Origin: a virus
Lineage: Duplodnaviria > Heunggongvirae > Uroviricota > Caudoviricetes > Crassvirales
IMG/VR virus record: IMGVR_UViG_3300023112_000001
Length of the DNA: 36,684 nucleotides
Strand: one strand, 5' to 3'
This document shows, one piece after another, positions 25,323 through 36,300 of the stretch. The notes beneath the pieces were generated by a model. The model had not been told where the DNA came from, ran no database searches, and saw nothing but the letters and a program-made list of their open reading frames with translations. Positions within the stretch are counted from its first letter, which is position 1. The number at the start of each line of letters is the position of its first letter. The position numbers and the translations under genes are program-made.

Positions 25323-27302
25323 ATGGCTACACCTATACAACATACTTCTCAGTATATACCTACAAATCTTCAGGCTATGAGTGCTCCTCTAGAAAGGATG
25401 CAATCTGAATATGATGCTGGATTTGCAGCACCATTAATGTTTGAAGATCAATTTTCGCAAATTGAAGTATCTCCTGAGAACATGGCTGGTAAACAAGCTG
25501 TGTTAGGAAATTTTCAAGATAAAATTAAAGGTATTGTTGATCAATATGGAGGCGATTATGGAGCTGCATCTAGAGATATAGCAAGAGCTATAGCCAAAGA
25601 AAGACAGAATCCATTTTATCAATTAGCTCCACAGCATTCGCAAGCTATTAAAAGGCAACAGGCTTTATTAGATAAATATGGTGCAAATGCCTTTCAAACT
25701 CAAAACGTTCCAAGGCAATTTGTTAATGAAAAAGGTGAAGTTCAGGATGTTAATCTTGATCCTAGAGTTTTAAATCAAATGGATTTAGAGAGAAAATTAG
25801 CTACTGAATTTAATAAACAAGCTTCTCAGACTCGTCAAGGCGAATTATATTCAGGAGATACTCCAGGTCTTTTACATAGAGAAACCACTAGAGGTATTAC
25901 TCAAGATGAAGTTGGAGATGTCTCCAATCAAATGCTGCAGAGTTTATATAATATGGACCCAGATTTAGCAGCAGCTATTGATGCTGGAGATCCTAGAGCC
26001 ATGCAAATTGCTCAAAATATGGCACAGCAAATGGTTCAAGGAAGCACTATTTCTGATATTAAAGACCCAAATTATTCTCCAGGTGATCCTGGAGGAATCA
26101 CTGGCGGTATGCCTCCATTGACAGTAACATCATCTTTAGGTGTAAAGTCAAACGATGCTCCTAAAGAATTAACAAGCACCAAGAGAGCTATGAATATAAA
26201 TGATTCATCAAACCCTATGGCTCAAGCTTGGAAGAATAGTTTTGATGAAAGTTTTATTAAAAGTGAGACTATTGAAAAAGAAGGTTTATCTGAAGTAATG
26301 AAGGTTAATAATATAGATAGAAAGATTATATCTAAAAAGCCAGATGGATCTATAGACTCTAAACAAACGCTAAGCAATATAAACTCAGCCGTAGAAGCGA
26401 CTGACGTAACTAATATAAAATATAATATGAATTCATTAATGTCAACCGCTAATGTTTGGTATGATGATGGTGAAAAATCTTATAATAGAGGTAAAGTTGA
26501 AAAAATGTCTCCAGAAGAATTAGCAGAGAAAGGAATTCCTGAAGACTGGGAAATTAGATATGATGGCTACTATGACAGTAATACCTTATTAATTCCGTCC
26601 GCTAAAAAAGAAGCAATGGTTAAAGGGAAGTTAGAGGAAATATCTAACGCTAAAAAATTAGGAAGATTTAAAGATTATTATGAATTATCATTGGGTAACG
26701 CTTTAGAAAGCGAAAACTCAGATTTGGGTGTAAATTTTTATGATTTTGACTTAGCTGGAACTAGTTCTGATTTAGATCCTAGAATGAAGAATTTATATGG
26801 TGACCTACAGGTTCAATTTGATAGAATGAATGCTGATGATTTTACATTTCTTACTAGCCCTGAAGATGCTAATGTTCTTGTTGACGGCAAAGAGAAAAAA
26901 CAAGATAAATATAAGAGGGAACACGGATTGCGCTCTAAAGGATCACTACAAGTTGTTGGCATAGGTTCTACTGCAAATACTGGGGTTGTGTTTAGAGTTG
27001 AGGATAAGAATGGGGAAGAGTACACTGTTCGTCCTAAAAATCCAAGCGTTACGGCAAATCTCACATCTCATTATGGAGGTGGTGGGCAAAACGATATTTT
27101 CAATCAATTTAGAATGGCTGAAGACGATTTTACTATTAAAAATAAGTTTAATAGTAATTATGATCAAATGAAAGATAATTATTCTAATTATAGAGAGTAT
27201 ATAACTAAAGAGGCTGCGTCAAAATATGAGGCGTTAAGAATAATTCAATCGTTAAAATCTAGAGGCATCTCTTTAGATGATAAGATCCAATTACTTAAAT
27301 AA
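25323..27302 (+). CDS. Probable ejected cargo protein 2 (crAss001 gp46-like), 659 aa
   Basis: SQYIPTNLQAMSAPLERMQSEYD N-terminus, helical and Gln-rich; lies between cargo 1 and the RNAP gene. Confidence 0.55.
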   Translation: MATPIQHTSQYIPTNLQAMSAPLERMQSEYDAGFAAPLMFEDQFSQIEVSPENMAGKQAVLGNFQDKIKGIVDQYGGDYGAASRDIARAIAKERQNPFYQLAPQHSQAIKRQQALLDKYGANAFQTQNVPRQFVNEKGEVQDVNLDPRVLNQMDLERKLATEFNKQASQTRQGELYSGDTPGLLHRETTRGITQDEVGDVSNQMLQSLYNMDPDLAAAIDAGDPRAMQIAQNMAQQMVQGSTISDIKDPNYSPGDPGGITGGMPPLTVTSSLGVKSNDAPKELTSTKRAMNINDSSNPMAQAWKNSFDESFIKSETIEKEGLSEVMKVNNIDRKIISKKPDGSIDSKQTLSNINSAVEATDVTNIKYNMNSLMSTANVWYDDGEKSYNRGKVEKMSPEELAEKGIPEDWEIRYDGYYDSNTLLIPSAKKEAMVKGKLEEISNAKKLGRFKDYYELSLGNALESENSDLGVNFYDFDLAGTSSDLDPRMKNLYGDLQVQFDRMNADDFTFLTSPEDANVLVDGKEKKQDKYKREHGLRSKGSLQVVGIGSTANTGVVFRVEDKNGEEYTVRPKNPSVTANLTSHYGGGGQNDIFNQFRMAEDDFTIKNKFNSNYDQMKDNYSNYREYITKEAASKYEALRIIQSLKSRGISLDDKIQLLK

Positions 27303-27307
27303 AATTT

Positions 27308-30300
27308 ATGGGAGAGACTAATAATTTAGATCTAGACGCATTATATAATCAAGTAGAAAGCAGTGCGCCACAAGAGAACTCCGCTTCACCAGAAATGGAT
27401 TTAGATAGTTTATATGAAGCTTCTTCAGCGGAAAATACTTATACTGGAGGTAAGGTTTCAGGATTTGATTACGATCATGCTAGGAGGTTAGTGAAAGGAT
27501 CTATCGATCCTATTAATAATAACTTAGAAAAAATATACGCTCAAAACCAATCTGGAATTGAACAATTTGGAGCTGCTGTAAATCAGGCTGTAGTTGGAGA
27601 AGTTTTAGGAGGTACTATAGAAGGTATTGGACACCTTGTTAACATAGACGATACACTTAATTTAATGAAAGAAGGGGAGTTAGGCACAGGTAATACTATT
27701 GCTAATGTAGGACAATCCCTTAAAGAGTGGACTAAAGAAGCTACTCCTATTCATCAAAATTATGAACCTGGACAATTTCGACCTGATAAATGGTCATGGT
27801 GGATGACTAACGCACCATCTGTAGCATCAACATTAAGTTTAATGCTTCCTGCTGGAGCGGTGACAAAAGGGTTATCATATTTAGGGAAAGGTTCTAAATT
27901 AGCCTCACAATTCAGTAAAACTGGAAAGTTAATAGCTAAAGGCACAACTCAGGCAGTTGTTTCTCGGCAGATGGAGAATATGATGGAATCTGCAGGAACT
28001 TACGAAAGCACATTAAGTAGCTTGATGAGTCAAGGGGTTTCTCATAATAAAGCTGTCGAATTAGCAGGTGCTGCGGCAGCAGATAATTATAAAGCTAATT
28101 GGGCTATGTTAGCTCAAGATATATTACAATATACCACTCTTACTAAACCTTTTGGCAAAGCTACTTCTGATTTATCGGTTAAAGCTGCTAAAAAACTTGG
28201 TAAAGATGTAACTCCAGTTATTACCAATAAATTAGCCTCTATTGGATCTGATATGGTTGGTGAAGCCGCGGAAGAAGGTTATCAATATATTGCAGGGGAA
28301 AGAGCTAGAGAAATGGCTGAATATAAAGCAGGATTGCGATCTAAGCGAGGTTTAGGTGAAGCGGTTGGTGATTATATGGGCGATGGTGATTTCTGGACAG
28401 GAGCTTTCTTTGGTGCATTAGGCGCAGGTTTTATGCAGACTGCAGGAAAAGGGCTTAATTTAGCTAAAGAAAGAGTTCGAGATATAGAAAACGCAGACAC
28501 TAAGCGTATGCGAGATATTGACTCTTGGGGGCAAAGCATTCAAGGTTTAGGCAATCTTGACGCTACAGGTGAAGCTATGGGAACGCCCTCTTTCAATGCT
28601 AAGAATCGTCAATTGGCTCAATTTGGAAATAAATTAGCACAAAATGGAAATTTAGGTTGGTTCTTGGAAACTGCTGATAATTTTCAAAATATGTCAGAAG
28701 AAGACCAGCAGATGTTTGGGTTTACCCAAGAAGAATTAAAGGCTTCTAAAGAGCAATTTCCAACGCTTAAACAAGATTTACAAAAAATTGGAGATATATA
28801 TGAAGGTGTGGTAAATAATAAAACACTTTCTCCTATGGCTGTTGATATGTTAGTTCAAGAGCAGTTTATAGCTGATAAAACATTAGAGCAATATAATAAA
28901 GAAAATGGAAAATATTCTTCTGATGTAAATAATATAACTGGATTATCTAATTTAAATGTACCATCATCTACTAAGGATTTAATAATCAAAGAAAAACTAG
29001 AGCTTAATAATTTACTTAAAGTACGCAAAGATCTTAAGTCTAATAATGCATCTAGCGAAGTTATATCTGAATATGATTCTCGCATAAAAGAATTGCGCGA
29101 AGAGATTAAAGAGGATAAAAAGAATCTTTCTACTTTTGCAGAGCATAAATATAAGACATTTAATAATAGAGCTACTGATTTTCAAGCTGCCTCGTCATCG
29201 TTTAGAAAAAAAGAGTTTCTATCAGCAGAACATAAGTCTGCCATGGAAGCTGTTGATTATTTTTCTAATCCAGAAAATACAACCGAGCTTAATAAGAAAG
29301 TAGCTGAAACTCAAAAAGAACACGCTCAAGAAGCTTCAGATAATGCTACAACAGCTCAAGAAGTAAACAATATTCAAGAAGAAGCTGCTAATATACCAAC
29401 ACCAGAAACTCTTGCTGAAGATTCTGACGAGGTTGCTCAAGGTGGAGCTCCAATTGATTTAACTAATATGGGTAAGAAATCTAAAGATCCAAAAGATTTG
29501 TTATCTGTGCAAGAAACATTTGAAGGTGAAGGTCAACCAGAAATTGCCCCTACTGCCTCTGCTGTTGATTTAACTAGCTTTAATAAGAAGAAAGCTAAGC
29601 AACAAGCCGAAGAAGCTACTACTGATCTAGAATCTAAAGGTAAAACTGAATATAAAGATATAGTAGATGCCGTAGAAAATAAGTATAGCGGTAAGCCACA
29701 TTTATTAAATGAGGATATAAACAAAATACTTAATTATGTAAAGAAAGGCGTTATAAAAGATTTCTCTAAAGAGGAAGTTATAGAGTTAATAAGCGATCTC
29801 AAAACAATTGAAATAAATTTAAACTCAAGAAATGAAGAGGTTTTAAAAAATGTTTTAGTAGACTTATATCTTGGTGGCGACATACAAAGAAAACTGTACG
29901 ACAAGTTAATGGATATAGTTAATTCCGATGCTAAAGAAGCTTCTACTAATAAATCTATACAGGCTACACAAAGCAGTATGGATTCATCTGTTACGACTTC
30001 TGTTGGAACTAATGAGGAGAAATCTGGCATATCTATATCTGAAATAAATAAAGAAACTGGGCAGCGTCGCATAAAAGATAACTCTGTGCCAAATTTTGCT
30101 GCCACAAATGAGGTTAGATATACAGACAAAAAAACTGGCAAAGAGGTTTACGTATCAACTAAAAAACTTGGCATAGACCAAGAAGCTTTAAATAATGGTA
30201 AAGTTAAAATAGGCGATAAAATAACTTTTAGAATAAATAAGGAAGATTCGTTTGACAAAAAGAATAGAAGTAATTCTCAAATTAGAGGATTCGATATGGT

Positions 30301-33300
30301 TTCAAATGGTATCATTGTAGGTAAAGTTCCTTCTGAGTTTAGTGTTAAAAGTGAAGTTGAAAAACAATACATAAGAGATTTAAGAGAAGTTCTTCAAGCT
30401 CAAATAGAATCTAAATATGATAAGTCTAAAAAATATGTAGAAGCTGATTTCGCTAGCAAGGTAGCTGGAGCACTTTATGACTATACTAAATCTGAATCTA
30501 CTGGTACTCCATCTGAAGTTATATCTAAAAAAGATCAAGTTGGACTTAAATCTGTAGGCGGATTTGCTTTAGACTTTATAGAATTAAAAGGCGATGAATA
30601 TTATCTTTCTGGTAAATCTGGATTAGATAATTTAAATATAAATATTGAAGAAAAATTTACTCAAAAGGGAAGCTCTAAGATTGATGGTGGATTAATATTG
30701 ACAGTCCCTCATCCAATTGAGCCAAATGAGCATTTATTTTTAAGAGGATTTTTAAACTCTCTTAGTCAAATTGAAAAGAATAATCCAGATCTTTATAATG
30801 GTATAACATCTGGAGTGATTGATTTATTTAACAAACATGTTTCAAATAAGTCTAAAAGATCTGAAACTAAAGATAGTATAAAAGAAATTATCTTAAGAGA
30901 TTTTGAAGTCAAAGGAGATAATATAGTATTGTCGCGACGTGATAATTCAACATTAGTACTTCCTATAGATAGGCTTACTGAAAATCCTGAATTTTTAAAC
31001 TGGCTAGGTGATTCTAAAATTAGAATTGACAAGAATAAATTAAATCAAGAATCTGAAAGACATATTATAGGTAATTATGAATCGCCTTTAATGCCTTATA
31101 ATAGCATTATAAGCGATATGATATCTATGACTACTATAGAAGGTCAGTATCTTAATAATGTAAGGATTCTTGCTGAAAGATCTGATTTAACTTCTCAACC
31201 TAAACCTGAGATTAAGCCTGTATCAAGTGATACTAATATTAAGGAGCGTAATCCATTAGAGTTAACGGAAGATCCTTCTTCTATAGAGAAAAAGGTTGAA
31301 GAAAAGCCTGTTAATAATCCAGTCTCTCAATCTAGCACTCCTATAAAAAAGAAAGAGCGTAAATCTAATATTGACTCTAAAAAAATTAAAGCTGTTGGTA
31401 ATTATAGAGGGCTTCCTGTAAAAGAATCTAATAATATTATTACTGGCGAGGGAACTAAAGGGGCTGCTAAATACGATAGAGTTAACAATGAAATACTTGT
31501 AGATAGATCGGTTTTAAAGAAATTGTTTGATGTAAAAAAATGGACAAATCCTAGAGATTTAGTTGAAAAGATTCATGGCGAAAAAATAGTATCAAAAGTT
31601 GTTGCATTGCCAGAAAATCAATTTAAAACTTATGAAGAGTTTGAAAAATTTGTTATAGAGCATGAATATCAACATAGCCTTTTAAGCAGAAAGGAATTTA
31701 ATGATAAAATAGCTTGGAAAACTACTAAAGGTGATTACGAAACCGAAATAAACAATCTTGCTCTCAAAGAATTATATGGTAAAAAAGAGTCAAAGCCTTC
31801 TAAAAAAACTTTTAATACAATAGAGACTAAAACTAAATTAGATAATAGCCAAGCTCTTAAAGATCAAATTAGAAACAATAAGAATAATACAAGGTATAGG
31901 TCTATATCTGATATAGGTGGAGATAATTGGAATAAATCCGAGGAAATGTCTTGGATGAAAAAGAATTTTCCAAATGTTCCTGTGTCTGTATTGGGTAATT
32001 TACAAGAAGTTGTTGCTAACGGTAGAGAATCTTGGGGTGTATTTCATAACGCTGCTATATATGTAGCTGAAAATGCTGCGTCTGGAACTTTATATCATGA
32101 AGCTTTCCATGCATTATTTCATTTATTTAATAATCAAAATCAAAGAGAAGCTCTTTTAAAAGAAGCCTCTAGTAGATATAGCATCAACAAATCTAAATAC
32201 GACTCCGTAGAGGATTACAATATAGCCTTGGAAGAAGCTATGGCTAATGAGTTCATGGAATACATTGTATTAGATGAAGCACCTAAGTCACTACTTAAAA
32301 AAGTAGGGGAGTCTATATCTAATTTTTTCAAGAAGATACAAAGTGTAATCAAAAGCTTATATAGTAATCCTACATACTCTATAGATGAACTATTCTGGAG
32401 AGGCAATAATGGTTTTTATAATAAATCTACTATAGATCCAGGAAGTTTTTCTGATCCAGTTTCTAGATACAGGGTTAAAGATTGGTCTAATAGACAAGAA
32501 AAGCAAGCAATTGCTGCTGTTAATGGTCATATGGTAACTCAAACAATACCTAGTATTAGAAAAGCTAATACTCAGTATTCTAATTTATCCGATACGGATA
32601 TTATTAATGAAGTTGGGTTAGAAGATGTTTACCTAAATACTTACAATGATTTTGTTCGTACTTATAATACTGATGAAAATTTAACTCAAGAAGAAAAAGA
32701 TAATATAGCTGAACTTCTTGTAAATTTATATGAAGATGGCGAATTCAAAGACTTGTATAATGGATTGCTACGCGGATTAGAATTTTATGATATAAAGATA
32801 GATTTTAAATCTTATAAAGCTGAAGATGTTGGTCGGTTTGATGCTGAAGATGCTCAACAAGATGATCTTAGAGAGTCTGATGAAAAAGCTCAGGATAAGT
32901 TAGAGAGCGTTTCTGATTCTGCTACTGAAAGATCTACTAAGGATAATGCTTTAGGTGAGATCAAGGTCTTTATACGCAATATGAAGATTCCAGGATCTAA
33001 AAATATTTTTGGGTTAAACGCTCTTGTTGATTATCAAGAAACATACGATACATTGCTTAAGAATTTAGCTGGAACTACTCATATTGAAGATATGATGGAT
33101 ATGTTAAATCAAGATGTTGTGTTTCATCCAGAATATCAACAAATACTTGATATGTTTGAAGTAACTCCAGAGTTTAAAACAAAATTCTTCAATGCATTTA
33201 ATAAGAACCATACTAAATATAATATAGTATCATATATAAATGGCAATTGGGCTGTATATCAAGCTAACAGGAAAGGTTTATCTAATACTATCATTTCTCA

Positions 33301-36300
33301 ATGGACTGAAAGCATATTGAATAATAAAAATGTAATATCTATTAACTCAAAAGGCGAGACGATAGTTAACCCTGAAGTTAAAAAAATAGTTGAAGATATT
33401 AGAGAAAATATTACAAATACTATAGAAAATTGGAGTAGCGATAAAGACGTAGAGTACTATAAGCCGTTATCTGAATCTATAAGTAAGCTAGGTATAGCTA
33501 TAGATCCTAAAGTTTTATATTATTTAGGTTCGACTAATAATAAAAAAGTTAATGGTAAAGGAGCTTTAAATCAATTTTTTAATACAACTGGTAAGTTTCA
33601 TTATATATTAGATAAATTTTATGATTTAAAAAATCCTTTTGACGCAGAAGGTGGTTTAAGTACTGGTGAGTCAGAAGCTATTAAAACTGCAGCTAATATT
33701 GTTGCTAAAGCTTCGCCTGATTTATATGAAAGCTCTTTTAGAAATTTAGGAGGCAAAACTGTTTATGCTCACTTAGAGCAAAACTTTTTAACTAAATTAA
33801 CTCATAAATTACAGAATCCAAATAGAAGAAATGATATTTTAGATAATTATAAAAAAGATCAATTCTTTTATACTGTAGATGTTAATGGTGAGAAAGTGTT
33901 TACTAATAGAATATTAAAAGGATTACAGTCTGGCAAGAGTGTGTTTGATATAATGGTTACTGAAGGTATTACTGACGATCAAGGTAACAAAACAGCATAT
34001 CAAAAACTAGACTCTATTGGATTAAGTTTATATAGTGTTCATAATTACTTTAATAATAACAATAAAACAGAGGCTTGGTATAGAGGTCCTGTATTATCTG
34101 ATGCTCCTAACGGTGTTGTATTTAAACATCTTAAGTCTAAGAGGTCTGATGTATTGAACTCTCTAGTTGATTTGGCTGGATCTGAATACAATAGAATTAA
34201 ATCTGTTAAAAAGCAGATGCAATCTTTAGATAAATCAGAACATATTAAAAACTATCACACGAAAGAAAACTCTTCTACTGATACTGGATATCATATTGTA
34301 TCTGGAATGAGAGGTAATTCTTTTGATCCAAATAAAGAAAGATCTAAAACATCTAAAGTTATAGAGAAGTGGTTATTAGATCAAGCTAATACTTATTTCA
34401 ATTTTATGAAAAATGAAGGTGTATTAGATAGATTAGATGATAGATTAAAAAAGAAATACTCTACTGAGGAATCATTAAGGGGCTTTATTCAAGACTTTTA
34501 TATTAACGATTTTGCAGCAAGGGCTGAATTCTCTTTAATGACTACCGCTGATCCTGCTTTTTACAAAGCATTTGACCCTAAAAGCAATAATAAAACTGTA
34601 GATTTCGTTAAAAGAGCTAAAGAGATTTACTCCCCTAAATCCATACTTGATATAGAGGCATCATTTAAAGATTCTGACACTGGTGAAACTATTAAAGTTG
34701 GAGGATCTTATAGAACTGTTTATTTAAAAGATAATGAAATACAAGCCCCATCATTCAAGGAGATTGAAAAGGCTATAAATAAAGTTAAATCTATTTCAAG
34801 TCAAAAGAAAAAAGAGATCTTAGCGTCTTACGGAGAGGTAAATCAAACTGATGCCCAGGCATATGTTACGCTTCCGTTCTATCGTAAAACAATGATAGGT
34901 ATGGGTTCATGGACTCAGGCTCATCAAGAGGCTTATAAGAGGCTTGAAAAAGGTTTAGGGACTGGCTCAGATATTGCTTTAATGATGCAGCCTTTAAAAC
35001 CATTTGCTTATGGTCAAATATATGCAGATAAAATAGGTAGATTGGTTCCAGTTCAAAATAAAAATTCTGAGTATTTATTATTACCTCAAATGGTTAAGGG
35101 TAATGAAAAACTAGAGAACTTATATAATTATCTTATTGACAATAAAATAGATTCTGCTAACTTCGATTCTGCTGTAAAAGCTGGATTGAGTAAAGTTATA
35201 GATCCAAATGCTTTACCTGAATTCAATAAAGATCAGGTACATGTTTTAAACATGGAGGACAGAGGTATACAACAAGAGGTTCCAGAACATTTTGTTGATT
35301 CTAATAATTTATTTGGTACTCAAATACGTAAGCTTATAATGAGTGACTTGTTTGAAGGTACTACTTACTTTAATGGTAAATCAGCTAAAGAATTACGTCA
35401 AATGTATGAGGATATACTTATTGCTGATATTGAAGAGGCTTTTGATGAAACAGCTAAAGAGTTTAGAGATAAAAATGGTAATATAAAATATAAAGAAGTT
35501 TACGATCTGTTGTTAGATGAATCTCGTAAAAGAGGTAAAGGCGAAGAGTTTGAAAAAGCTATACAGTATGATGAAAAGAATGATAGATTAAAGTTACCTT
35601 TATATAATCCTATTACTTCTCGATCAGCTCAAAACTTAATTACATCTGTATTTAAGACACGTATAACAAAGCAAAAGATTGCTGGTGGAGCATTTGTCCA
35701 GTTAAGTGGTTATGGTCTCTCAAAAGAGCTTAAATTAGTTTTTGATACTGAGGAAAACAGAATTGCTTATGAAGAGTCAGGTAAGGGAATTGATAAGTCA
35801 ACTCAATTACAACCAAAGGCTAAAGGTCTTCAATATGCAGAAGTAATGCTGCCAGCCTGGAGCAAATCATTCTTTAAAGATTTTATGAATGAATCTGGAG
35901 ATGTTGACTTTGAGGCGATAAAAAATAAAGTTCCAGAAGCGTTAGAAATGATAGGTTATCGTATTCCTACGGAAGATAAATACTCTATGCTTCCTATGAA
36001 AGTGATTGGATTTTTACCATACACTGCTGGTGGAGCCATTATGCTTCCTGCAGAGATTACCAAAATATCTGGATCTGACTTTGATGTAGATAAGATGTAT
36101 GTTATGATGAAGTCTTTTAATGATAAATTAGAAATCCATAAATATGATGATGAAAAATCAGCTAAAGAAAATTCTAAAAAAGCTAGAGATAATCGTAAGA
36201 TAGATTTAATGATGTCTGTATTACGGAATCCTGAAACCCTTGAAGCTATAATGAGTGGTGGAACATTTAAACCGCTGCAAGATATTGCTGAAATAACATT

